Positions 50,506 through 59,990 of a DNA stretch of 64,000 bases are shown one piece after another (the stretch's first letter is position 1; the number at the start of each line of letters is the position of its first letter). A program made the translations under genes and the position numbers. The notes under the pieces are model-generated. The model made no database searches. It was not told the origin of the DNA and was given only the letters and a program-made list of their open reading frames with translations. Where the stretch lies: the IMG/VR virus record IMGVR_UViG_3300008110_000030, positions 124,001-188,000 of that record, one strand, 5' to 3'.

Positions 50506-51620
50506 TATCTACCACTTTCTCCTGGAGCACACAGCAAGTCATCTAACGGACTAGGTCTTGGTATAAATCCTGCTCTAGATAAATCTTTGTTCAGTACTGT
50601 GATGTCATTTGCAACTTTATTACTTGCAGAAATTAACTGATCCTGAACTTGTCTTGTAGCAGAATTATTTGAAGTTTGAGTTGGAAAGTTTACCACATTC
50701 AAACCTGAGTCAAGTTCAACTGCTGGTATTCCTGCCGTAAACAAATTATAAGGATCATATCCTCCTAATAAATTTTGTACTTGGTCTTCTGTTAATGCTA
50801 GGTCTGGATTTCCTCCTGGGCCGACATCAAGTGCAAATGTTGGAACATTCAAATTAATTTTAGACGTAAACCCATTAGGAGTAGTAATTGTCTGTGGCTG
50901 TACTTGCACATCAATTGGTTCTTGATTTAACAACGACAACGGTGGTCTTCCTGAATAGAATGCAGGACTACATCCAGGTATGAATGGAATAAACGGTAAC
51001 AATATTGGTGGTGGGAATTTAAATTTCAAATACTCAACCAATCTTTTTATGTACTCAGCCAACGGATTGTAAATTATTAAATTTAATCCTAAAATTTTAT
51101 TAATGGCATCTCTTGCCGCAATCAGTGCTTTCTTAATTGGTTCAGGAAACGGTATCCAACCTTGTCTAATAATTTTTGCTAGGAGTGCCGCAGCCAGTAA
51201 AGGATTCTTTAAAACACACTGTATTAAATTTTGTATACTAGTAACTGCTGATTCAACATAATTTTTAATTGCCTGTATCTTGCCTTTTAAAATTTGTACT
51301 AGTATATTAACTCCTTGACTTGCTCCAAAAAGTGTTGCCAATGTCACGCCTGGATCAATTGTGATGGTTTTTAATTGTGGTGCTGGTTCTGGTCTGTCTG
51401 TTTCTAAACCAAATATTCCTAATATGCCTTGTATAATTGCCGCAACTTGCGCCAACTGCGGCACAATTGCTGCCGCGCCGTTAACGTTAATTGCAAAGTT
51501 GCCATCTGCTTGTATAGAAAAATTTAAAAATTTTCCAACGTTAGCTCGTTGATATGATGCAGAATATAATGATGCACGATCATCAACTCTCCATTCAAAT
51601 AATTTATTTGGACCTACCAT
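50505..51620 (-). CDS. Hypothetical protein in baseplate operon
   Basis: 371-aa ORF, hydrophobic and Pro-rich segments. Confidence 0.7.
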   Translation of the reverse strand: MVGPNKLFEWRVDDRASLYSASYQRANVGKFLNFSIQADGNFAINVNGAAAIVPQLAQVAAIIQGILGIFGLETDRPEPAPQLKTITIDPGVTLATLFGASQGVNILVQILKGKIQAIKNYVESAVTSIQNLIQCVLKNPLLAAALLAKIIRQGWIPFPEPIKKALIAARDAINKILGLNLIIYNPLAEYIKRLVEYLKFKFPPPILLPFIPFIPGCSPAFYSGRPPLSLLNQEPIDVQVQPQTITTPNGFTSKINLNVPTFALDVGPGGNPDLALTEDQVQNLLGGYDPYNLFTAGIPAVELDSGLNVVNFPTQTSNNSATRQVQDQLISASNKVANDITVLNKDLSRAGFIPRPSPLDDLLCAPGESGR

Positions 51621-51629
51621 TGTATTTCC

Positions 51630-53642
51630 TTATATTGTCAAGTTAATTTGGTTCAACGTGAACCTATCTGTAAAAGACTGTATTTTTTGTGATGCAGCCA
51701 AGTCTTGTGAAACGTTCCTTGTACCAATTAATTTTTGTTTAAAGATTCCATTTGAAAAAGTACTTTCTACTTCTCTCACAGTGTAGTATGCACTTAATCT
51801 TGATAGAGCCTTGTCTTCGTTGGCTTCTCCCGATGTTAAAAATCCTTGAGAATTAAAATCTTTTGGTGCGTAAGCAATAACTCGCAAAACAGGATCTACT
51901 GATCGTAACGCAATTCCGCCATCAACAGTAAACAATGTGCTTTCACCATCTATTTTGTTTCCATCATCAATGTATTGTGTTCCTAACCACATTGGGTCTC
52001 CTAATATTTCCATATTAAGTTCAACGTTCTCATACGGATTATTCATCAAGGAGTTTATATCTCTTGCCAAAGTAAACAAAGGATCAGGCTGATTAGCACC
52101 TTTAACTGCAATCTCTTGTCTATCACTATTTGGATTTGGTGTTGTATTGCTGGAAATTCCATCAGCAGGGGTTGGAACTAACGTACCAGTAGCGATAGCA
52201 ACAGGACTAACTACTTTTTGCTCAGTTTGCTGTCCGCCAGCGGCACCTGGTACGTCTGTACTTACATAATTACCTGTAATAATTTTTGTCCACATTTGAT
52301 TAAAATTTAAATTGAAAGACAATATGTCTTTATTTTTACCAGTATACTGCCATTCATATCTTCTAGCAGTCATACCTTCATAATCAGATGCAGGCGGCTT
52401 GTATGTTGGAACAAAGATTGATGACAGTTTTGTGTAGTGTACTTTCCTAGGAATTATTTGAAATGTTATTATCTTAGGAGTGATATTTCTAGCAGTGTCA
52501 TGCCGATCATCCGGTTGATTTTCTACTTTAGTCACTACTCTCCACCAGTTAATCCATCCGCCTTTATTAAAGTCACCTTGGAATTGAGTTTTAATTTTTT
52601 CAGTAACGTATAAACTATCTTGAATAATTGCATCAATTATTTTTGTTAAGCCTAAGGACCCTGGTATGGTCAATGTTGCTTTAAGATTTTCAGGTTGTTC
52701 TCCTACTTGCACAGTGCCAGTTATATATGATGTTTTAGTAAATTCTTTATTTGCCGCATCTTTAAAAATGTCAAACATTTGGGCTTTGGCGAACTCACTA
52801 TTGTCAGTTACGTTTCCTTTTTCATCATGAAATACAATTTTATATCGATTGAGTTTGTACTTAGTTTTTTCTTCGGCTGATTTTTGTATATTCTCTAATG
52901 AAAGTTCTAAGTCTTTTATAACTTCCCCAACAGTTACTCCTTGCACATTTATTTCTTGATTTATTTTATTAGAATCGTCATAAGTTCCTGTTTGATTGAC
53001 TGGAACTCCTTTAATCTCCCACGTGGTACCTTGCTGTGTTAGCTTGGCTTCCATGTGTGTAATAATCATTGGATAATATCTTGTTGTATAAGGTATTAAT
53101 TCTGGTTGTGTAGAATCTTCGTGATATCCAACAAAATCAATTTTTAAAACAAAAGCATTTGATTTGTCAAAATTCTTATATCCTTTAACAGTTAACGCGG
53201 TAATAATATTTGTTAAAAAAGTGTCAAGACTATATGGCTCAACAATTTTTAATCGTATTTCAGTAGTCCAATCTCTTGACTTGCCTACAAAGTTTTTAAT
53301 ATACAAGTCTTCTAAATAATAATCATAGTTTGCATTAGCAGATTGATTAAGCGTGTTAATAATATTTTGCAAATTATTAAGTGTTTGAGACTTTGAACCT
53401 TTTGGTGCACCGGTTCCTTTTCCGTGGCTAGAAAATATAACATTAGTAAATCCAGCAGTCTTGTAAGATCCTGATTTTAATTCTTCAGGACTTACTACTG
53501 CAAATGTTACTCTATAATTAAACGTTCTATAATCATGCAGTATATTTTCTCCTGGATAGGATGCGCTTCTAATTATATTGTTTAAAAGATTGGTGCCAAG
53601 CTCTTTTAGTGTTGAACCAGTTGTTGCTCGTTGAAGAGACAT
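51630..53642 (-). CDS. Putative baseplate hub protein (gp27-like position)
   Basis: Between gp53-like and gp5-like genes; EILGDP...YYTVREVESTFSNGIFKQKL. Confidence 0.6.
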   Translation of the reverse strand: MSLQRATTGSTLKELGTNLLNNIIRSASYPGENILHDYRTFNYRVTFAVVSPEELKSGSYKTAGFTNVIFSSHGKGTGAPKGSKSQTLNNLQNIINTLNQSANANYDYYLEDLYIKNFVGKSRDWTTEIRLKIVEPYSLDTFLTNIITALTVKGYKNFDKSNAFVLKIDFVGYHEDSTQPELIPYTTRYYPMIITHMEAKLTQQGTTWEIKGVPVNQTGTYDDSNKINQEINVQGVTVGEVIKDLELSLENIQKSAEEKTKYKLNRYKIVFHDEKGNVTDNSEFAKAQMFDIFKDAANKEFTKTSYITGTVQVGEQPENLKATLTIPGSLGLTKIIDAIIQDSLYVTEKIKTQFQGDFNKGGWINWWRVVTKVENQPDDRHDTARNITPKIITFQIIPRKVHYTKLSSIFVPTYKPPASDYEGMTARRYEWQYTGKNKDILSFNLNFNQMWTKIITGNYVSTDVPGAAGGQQTEQKVVSPVAIATGTLVPTPADGISSNTTPNPNSDRQEIAVKGANQPDPLFTLARDINSLMNNPYENVELNMEILGDPMWLGTQYIDDGNKIDGESTLFTVDGGIALRSVDPVLRVIAYAPKDFNSQGFLTSGEANEDKALSRLSAYYTVREVESTFSNGIFKQKLIGTRNVSQDLAASQKIQSFTDRFTLNQINLTI

Positions 53643-53950
53643 TATGCAACTCCTAAGTCTTTGAACAGTTGTGATCTTTGTGGAATATAAATTTTTATTC
53701 CAGCAACTAAATCGTAAATTGGATCTTTAATTACTTCAGGGTTCCTCATGGCAAACACCCACCACAACTTAGGATCCCCGTATGCATCATTAGCCAACAA
53801 GTCTGGACGATACTCGTACTGAGATGGCAGTTCAACCAGTGTATCGTCAAGTGCCATTGTTATTTCCCTTGGTGTCCAAACATCAAGATAAAAATCAGTT
53901 AGCTGTGTATTTTTATATGGTGAATATTCACCATATTTGTATTCATTCAT
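53642..53950 (-). CDS. gp53: Baseplate wedge gp53-like (LysM-like)
   Basis: YEYRPDLLANDAYGDPKLWWVFAMRN. Confidence 0.8.
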   Translation of the reverse strand: MNEYKYGEYSPYKNTQLTDFYLDVWTPREITMALDDTLVELPSQYEYRPDLLANDAYGDPKLWWVFAMRNPEVIKDPIYDLVAGIKIYIPQRSQLFKDLGVA

Positions 53951-54723
53951 TATAGATATCCTCTTCCATCCAACGCTCCAGATATAAACTGGTCCACACT
54001 AAAGTTGGACATTTCTCGTCTACTATAAACAGGAATTAATGTCATTGATATTGTACTTAATGTAGGAACTTTGTTAACTCTATTGCCAAAGTTAAATCCA
54101 GTAATATAATCTACATCATTGGGTAAGTCAATACTAAATCCACCTACTACCACAGGAATGTTTTCATAAACGTTTGCTCCGTATGCATTAAATCGACAAA
54201 CTGGAGGTGGTGATCCAGATAGTGAGTCATTGCCTGTACGCATTTTTGTAATAGCTCTCAAGGCATGCACAGTTGCTAGCCAATAAACTGCTTCTTGTCT
54301 ATTTTGTACTGGAAATTGTCCAGACACACTTATGGTTCCAACATCTGTGTTCTGATAAGAATAAACTGCATAATTACTATGTTGTATGGTAGCTGGATTC
54401 CAATTTACTTTGGTGTCTTGTTTTACAGTAGGAGTTACTGGAAAATAAATTCCTGCCCATGCACCTGGATTTGACCCTGTTGGGTTACTATCTAAAACTT
54501 GAGTAATAGATCCGACAGGCCAATACTGATTAGGAATTTTCAAATATACTCTACTTTCTAAACTCGCTTGTCTTTCTTGGGAGGTAAAACTAACTTTGAC
54601 CGTAGAGTTCAACACCTTATCTGCCGCGGCAGTCCTAATAATAGACTGTCCGTTAGTAAGTTGTCCGGAACCCCATATTTCCTGGGCCGATGCCGCAAGA
54701 TTAGTAAAACTGAAATCACTCAT
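53950..54723 (-). CDS. Tail tube initiator/baseplate protein (gp48/gp54-like)
   Basis: FPVTP, GSPPPVCRFNAYG, PVVV...LPNDVDYI. Confidence 0.65.
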   Translation of the reverse strand: MSDFSFTNLAASAQEIWGSGQLTNGQSIIRTAAADKVLNSTVKVSFTSQERQASLESRVYLKIPNQYWPVGSITQVLDSNPTGSNPGAWAGIYFPVTPTVKQDTKVNWNPATIQHSNYAVYSYQNTDVGTISVSGQFPVQNRQEAVYWLATVHALRAITKMRTGNDSLSGSPPPVCRFNAYGANVYENIPVVVGGFSIDLPNDVDYITGFNFGNRVNKVPTLSTISMTLIPVYSRREMSNFSVDQFISGALDGRGYL

Positions 54724-54741
54724 TTGAATATTCTCCCTACA

Positions 54742-54748
54742 TATTTAT
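54742..54748 (-). promoter_or_regulatory. Late promoter ATAAATA for the baseplate operon
   Basis: 18 nt upstream of the ATG at 54723, before a GGGAG RBS. Confidence 0.6.
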
Positions 54749-54777
54749 TTGACAAAATTATGTAGGTAGTTTATAAT
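54749..54777 (+). promoter_or_regulatory. Consensus sigma70 promoter for gp55
   Basis: TTGACA-N17-TATAAT. Confidence 0.85.
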
Positions 54778-54803
54778 ATAGTTATTAGGAGTCTATAACA
54801 ATA

Positions 54804-55694
54804 ATGATAATAACGACTGTAAAGAGAAACAAATATCTTAACAACAAAGACCTACTGTTACAGATACACAAGAGCAAGAACACATACGGATCATTTATGG
54901 GTCCAGAATATGAAGATTACGACTTAATTTTACCTTCTGTTGATAAAATCAATGTAAGAACTGTTGCAGAAGCCAAGCGTAATAGGGCCAAACGATTAGG
55001 CACTAGGTTATATCAACAAAATAAAGCCCAAGGTATTAAGGACGTTAAACTAGTTGACTGCATAATTGATTACAAAAAAGTTCCAAAAACTGATTTAGTT
55101 TTTAGAATCATGACTCATGAACATGTTCCGCTTGCGCCTGGACGCAAGAAGACGGTAAAAAGCACAGCTGACGCTCATGAAAGATGCAATTTTCCTCCCT
55201 ATCAACATTGGGCATTCGATGCTAATGATGTACTGATATGTGTAGGAAAAAGTCATTGGAAGGGTCCTTTACAGACTGGAACGTTTTCCAAAGAACACGG
55301 AAGAATTACTGAAGAGCTTGGCAAAATGTATCTAATGCTAGCTGATAGATATGCTCAAAGAAGCAATTGGCGTGGGTATACGTATGTTGAAGAAATGAAA
55401 GGACAGGCTATTCTACAGCTAAGTCAAATTGGCTTACAGTTTGATGAATCCAAGTCTGAAAATCCATTTGCCTACTACACTGCCGCAGTAACAAATAGCT
55501 TTACCCGTGTGCTCAATATTGAGAAACGTATGCAAAATATTCGTGACGATATGTTAGAAGAAAGTGGGTTAACTCCTAGCTTTACAAGACAGAATCAACA
55601 AGAATATGCAGAAGAAACGGCACGTCAAGCTGCCTTGTATAAGGGAATGCGACAAGCAAAAAGTGAAGATACTCCAGAGGAAGAAGCTGAATGA
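54804..55694 (+). CDS. gp55: Late-transcription sigma factor (gp55-like)
   Basis: YLNNKDLL, NWRGYTYVEEM, FDESKSENPFAYYT; precedes gp47/gp46 as in T4. Confidence 0.85.
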   Translation: MIITTVKRNKYLNNKDLLLQIHKSKNTYGSFMGPEYEDYDLILPSVDKINVRTVAEAKRNRAKRLGTRLYQQNKAQGIKDVKLVDCIIDYKKVPKTDLVFRIMTHEHVPLAPGRKKTVKSTADAHERCNFPPYQHWAFDANDVLICVGKSHWKGPLQTGTFSKEHGRITEELGKMYLMLADRYAQRSNWRGYTYVEEMKGQAILQLSQIGLQFDESKSENPFAYYTAAVTNSFTRVLNIEKRMQNIRDDMLEESGLTPSFTRQNQQEYAEETARQAALYKGMRQAKSEDTPEEEAE

Positions 55695-56713
55695 CAAATC
55701 TTTTTAAGAAAGCAGCCTGTTTTACTGATATCCATTTTGGGTTGAAGAGTAATAGTCGTACACACAATGAAGATTGTGCTGATTTTGTTGATTGGTTTAT
55801 TGCTACTGCTAAGGAAAAGGGTGCAGAAACTTGCATTTTCTTAGGAGATTGGCATCATAATCGCTCAACAACTGACGTTAGTACAATGAATTATACAGTA
55901 AATGCACTAGAAAAACTTAACAGTGCATTTGATACTGTACACATTATTACAGGCAATCATGATCAATATTATAAGGACAAACGAGATCTACATAGTTTAG
56001 AATATGGCAGACTGTTTCCAAATATCAACATGGTTAATCATGCTTTCACAGAAGGAAATGTTACTATACTTCCCTGGCTAGTGGGCGACGAGTGGAAGAG
56101 CATTGAGAAAATCAAAAGCAAATACATATTTGGGCACTTTGAACTACCGTTGTTTTATATGAACGCTATGGTGCAAATGCCTGACCATGGAGAACTACAG
56201 CCCACTCACTTTAAACATCAGGACTATGTTTTTAGTGGTCACTTCCATAAAAGACAAAGCAAAGACAAAGTTCATTACATTGGCAATGCATTTCCGCACA
56301 ACTATGCTGACAGTTGGGATGACATGCGTGGTATGATGTTGTTGGAATGGGATAAGCCTCCTGAATATATTGATTGGCCTGACTGTCCTAAATATCGTTC
56401 TGTAAAATTAAGTAGACTTCTTGATGAAAAAGATAGTATAATGAAGGGTAAGATGTACTTACGTGTTACTCTTGACATTGATATTACCTTTGAGGAAGCT
56501 AACTTCATCAAAGAAACTTTTATGAAAGAGCATGATATTCGAGAACTAAGTTTGATAACAGAGAAGGATAACTTGGAAGGACTAATTGATGAAAACACCG
56601 ATGTTAAATTTGAAAGTGTAGATCAAATTGTCGCTGAACAGATTGTTGCCTTAGAGACTGGCACATATAATAACAATACTCTATTAAGCATTTATAACGG
56701 ACTTCATGTTTAA
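55691..56713 (+). CDS. gp47: Recombination nuclease Mre11/SbcD-like
   Basis: DIHFG, LGDWHH, GNHD, GHFE, SGHFH. Confidence 0.93.
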   Translation: MTNLFKKAACFTDIHFGLKSNSRTHNEDCADFVDWFIATAKEKGAETCIFLGDWHHNRSTTDVSTMNYTVNALEKLNSAFDTVHIITGNHDQYYKDKRDLHSLEYGRLFPNINMVNHAFTEGNVTILPWLVGDEWKSIEKIKSKYIFGHFELPLFYMNAMVQMPDHGELQPTHFKHQDYVFSGHFHKRQSKDKVHYIGNAFPHNYADSWDDMRGMMLLEWDKPPEYIDWPDCPKYRSVKLSRLLDEKDSIMKGKMYLRVTLDIDITFEEANFIKETFMKEHDIRELSLITEKDNLEGLIDENTDVKFESVDQIVAEQIVALETGTYNNNTLLSIYNGLHV

Positions 56714-58499
56714 ACTAAAAACAATAACAGTAAAAAACTTTATGAGTGTGGGCAACCAGACTCAAGCCGTGGATTTTGATAAGAATCATTTAACTTTGGT
56801 GTTGGGTGAGAACGTAGACTTGGGCGGCGATGACAGTGGTAGTCGTAATGGCACTGGAAAAACAACAATCATCAATGCTTTATGCTATGCATTGTATGGC
56901 GAAGCGTTGACCAAGATCAAAAAAGAAAATCTAATCAACAAGACAAACGGTAAAAATCTAGTTGTCACATGTGAATTTGAAATTAATGGAAGACAATATA
57001 AAATTGAAAGAGGTCGAAGACCAAACTTCTTAAAATTTTATGTTGACCACGTAGAGATCAAAGACGATTCACAAGCAGATGATGACGCACAAGGGGACAG
57101 TCGTGAAACGCAAAAGGCGATTGAATCCTTATTGGGCATGAGTCAAACAATGTTTAAGCACCTAGTGGCCTTAAACACATATACTGAGCCATTTCTAAGT
57201 ATGCGAGCAAACGATCAACGAGAAGTTATCGAGCAATTGCTTGGCATTACATTGTTAAGTGAGAAAGCAGAATTACTTAAAGTTCAAGTAAAAGAAATTA
57301 AAGATCAAATTCAAGCAGAAACTTTTAAAATCGACAGTATAAGGAGTAGTAATGAAAAAGTCCAACAATCAATTGACAGCCTCTCTACTAAAAGTAAAGC
57401 ATGGGAGTCCAAACGAGAACAAGATTGCGCCGGCTATCAGTCAGCGATTTCCGAATTGCGCTCTGTTGATATCGAAGGAGAAATTGAAAAACATTCTAGA
57501 CTCAAGGTGTATAACGAACTAACAGCTAAAATTAGTTCCTTAAACAAACAAAAAGCAACACTTGAGACTGCTGTTGGGCAAGCAGAAAAGACTGTTGGGA
57601 AGTATACTAGAGAGTTAGAACAACTTGATAGTAAAAAATGTCCCGCATGTGAACAAGAACTGCATGATCACAAGCATGATGAGATGAAAGAAACTGCTGC
57701 CAAGCACTTGACTGATTCAATATTGTATCAAGACAAAGTGTTAGCAGACCTTAATCTAGTTTTAAAAGAATTATCTGACATTGGCGACATCAATGGAAGA
57801 CCTTCTACCTATTATGATAGTGCAGAACAAGCGTACAATCATAAAAACAATGTTGAAAGTTTGAGCAAAGCACTTGCTGACAAGCAAGTAGAATTAAATC
57901 CTTACACTGAACAAGTGGACGAGTTAAGAAAAACTGCTTTGCAAGAGATTACGTGGGACACAGTTAATGAATTAACAAGTGTCAAAGACCATATGGAGTT
58001 CTTACACAAACTGTTAACCAGCAAGGATAGCTTTATCCGTAAGAAAATTATTGATCAGAATCTTGCATATCTAAATAAACGCCTTAGTTACTATCTAAAT
58101 AAAGCAGGACTGCCGCATCAAGTTAAGTTTTTAAACGATCTAAACGTCGAGATTACACAGCTCGGGCAGGATTTAGACTTTGATAATCTCAGTAGAGGTG
58201 AACGCAATAGACTTATTTTAAGTCTAAGCTGGGCGTTCCGTGATGTATGGGAAAGTTTATATCATCCAATCAACTTGTTGTTCATTGATGAATTGATTGA
58301 TGCAGGTATGGACTCTGCAGGAGTTGAGGGTGCTCTAGCAATCCTTAAAAAGATGGCTAGGGAACGAGATAAAAATATCTATTTGATCAGTCACAAAGAT
58401 GAACTTGCAGGTCGAGTAAACAGTATTCTAAGAGTTATTAAAGAAAACGGGTTTACCAGCTACTCAACTGATACAGATGTTATTGAAACACCAGTATAA
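56706..58499 (+). CDS. gp46: Recombination ATPase Rad50/SbcC-like
   Basis: KNFMS, NGTGKTT, CPAC zinc hook, LSRGE, FIDE, ISH. Confidence 0.94.
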   Translation: MFKLKTITVKNFMSVGNQTQAVDFDKNHLTLVLGENVDLGGDDSGSRNGTGKTTIINALCYALYGEALTKIKKENLINKTNGKNLVVTCEFEINGRQYKIERGRRPNFLKFYVDHVEIKDDSQADDDAQGDSRETQKAIESLLGMSQTMFKHLVALNTYTEPFLSMRANDQREVIEQLLGITLLSEKAELLKVQVKEIKDQIQAETFKIDSIRSSNEKVQQSIDSLSTKSKAWESKREQDCAGYQSAISELRSVDIEGEIEKHSRLKVYNELTAKISSLNKQKATLETAVGQAEKTVGKYTRELEQLDSKKCPACEQELHDHKHDEMKETAAKHLTDSILYQDKVLADLNLVLKELSDIGDINGRPSTYYDSAEQAYNHKNNVESLSKALADKQVELNPYTEQVDELRKTALQEITWDTVNELTSVKDHMEFLHKLLTSKDSFIRKKIIDQNLAYLNKRLSYYLNKAGLPHQVKFLNDLNVEITQLGQDLDFDNLSRGERNRLILSLSWAFRDVWESLYHPINLLFIDELIDAGMDSAGVEGALAILKKMARERDKNIYLISHKDELAGRVNSILRVIKENGFTSYSTDTDVIETPV

Positions 58500-58501
58500 C
58501 T

Positions 58502-58750
58502 ATGTTTAAAGAAAAGCATGAACGATTTCTAGAACTTATTATTGCATATTACAACTGCAAAGAGAACTGGTTAGAAAACGGCACACGCAATCACACCATT
58601 GCGTACCGTAAAGTTCTGAAAGAATTAAGCAGGTTAACTAAAGAGATGTCTGATATCGTGATGGAAGCACAGCACGATAGATGGCAGGAAAATAAGAAAA
58701 TGCGTGAAAACGGAGGTACTTTTGTTACAAGAAGAAGGCCAAAAGTATAA
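58502..58750 (+). CDS. Small basic helical protein
   Basis: 82 aa; resembles the downstream Hc1-like protein. Confidence 0.6.
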   Translation: MFKEKHERFLELIIAYYNCKENWLENGTRNHTIAYRKVLKELSRLTKEMSDIVMEAQHDRWQENKKMRENGGTFVTRRRPKV

Positions 58751-58825
58751 TAATCAATTTCTTCACAACTACAGCGTATTAGAATTAAGTAATACGCACT
58801 TCAGCTTATAAAAAGGAAAATAAAA

Positions 58826-59020
58826 ATGTCAGATACTATTAAATTAATTGAAGATTCACTAGCACAATGGAAGGCTGAGGACGAAAAATTCGTCAAGGGC
58901 AACAGTGCCGCTGGTACAAGAGCTCGTAAGGCATTGGCAGAACTAGCAAAAGCAGTTAAAGTTCGCCGTAATGAAATCACAGCAGAGAAGAACGCTCGCA
59001 AAGAAGCTAAGGCGTCCTAA
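58826..59020 (+). CDS. Histone H1-like (Hc1-family) small DNA-binding protein
   Basis: KFVKGNSAAGTRARKALAELAKAVKVRRNEI; AAGGA RBS. Confidence 0.7.
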   Translation: MSDTIKLIEDSLAQWKAEDEKFVKGNSAAGTRARKALAELAKAVKVRRNEITAEKNARKEAKAS

Positions 59021-59184
59021 TGTCTGATGCTGACGTTAAGAAAATACTTCAACTTGAACAAACTGTAAAACGATTAGAGTTTCAAGTTGCACAACTAGCT
59101 CAAAGGATTAATTATTTTGAGCGTGAACGTCAACGAATCAAAACTGATATAAATCACATTGCAGGGATCCTTAGAAAGCAATGA
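59020..59184 (+). CDS. Small coiled-coil protein (54 aa, not in ORF track)
   Basis: MSDADVKKILQLEQTVKRLEFQVAQL...; TAATG and ATGA coupling on both sides. Confidence 0.65.
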   Translation: MSDADVKKILQLEQTVKRLEFQVAQLAQRINYFERERQRIKTDINHIAGILRKQ

Positions 59185-59627
59185 CATGGTTGCACGAAGG
59201 GATCACTGTTGATCAGCTTCCAGAAGAGTGTGTTGGGTTTGTATATATTATAACCAACACACTCACTGGTCGCAAATACATAGGCAAAAAATTAGCTAAG
59301 TTCGCAAAAACTACTTACAGAGTACAAAAATTAAAAAATGGTACTAAGAAGAAAAAACGAATTAGAAGCAAAGTAGATAGCGACTGGCAAGAATATTATG
59401 GCTCAAGTGACGAACTAAACAAAGACATAGAGACATTAGGCAAAGAAAACTTCAAACGTGAAATTCTCCACTATTGCACGAGTAAGGCAGAAACTTCATA
59501 TCTAGAAGCCAAAGAGCAATTTGAACGTAAGGTATTGGAAACTGATGAGTATTACAATGGCCACATTCAAGTTCGCGTCCACGGCTCACACATAATCAAA
59601 AAATTTAAGGCTCAACTTAACAGTTAA
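59181..59627 (+). CDS. Minimal GIY-YIG endonuclease
   Basis: GFVYIITN...RKYIGKK, YYGSS, FKREIL, E and YYN; no C-terminal DNA-binding domain. Confidence 0.85.
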   Translation: MTWLHEGITVDQLPEECVGFVYIITNTLTGRKYIGKKLAKFAKTTYRVQKLKNGTKKKKRIRSKVDSDWQEYYGSSDELNKDIETLGKENFKREILHYCTSKAETSYLEAKEQFERKVLETDEYYNGHIQVRVHGSHIIKKFKAQLNS

Positions 59628-59630
59628 TGA

Positions 59631-59990
59631 CTCGCACAGGTTAATATCATGTGCCTAGAGACAACCCGATAATAAGGGGGACGGAAGCCTTGCCGCTGTA
59701 GCAAGCACTCAACTAGTATCCTTAACAGGACCACGATAGCAAGCACGCCTGCTGTTTAGTTGTTTGAATAGAGTCAAAAAAGGCAAAAAGAAGGGAGAAA
59801 AACCCTACGTTTGTAAGTGTGTTAGCGTACATTTGCAAACTGCCGTCATAATGAAGACGCAACTCGAGGTACCGGATGACCGCCTCTGTAATGTTGTAAC
59901 GCTAAGTGGTTGTGCTACTCGGATAATATAGACCATTTCACTTCGCCCGCCAGGGCGAAGTGTGGCTGATTAATCTGGATAATATCGTAA
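59631..59990 (+). ncRNA. Putative large structured non-coding RNA
   Basis: ORF-free; about 45% G+C by hand count; at least 8 hairpins including 12-bp and 10-bp stems, G-U pairs and a 7-bp loop-downstream pairing. Confidence 0.6.

Noticed and set aside
59939-59962. Intrinsic terminator
   Set aside because: No U-tract follows the stem on either strand, and it sits within a larger structured region.
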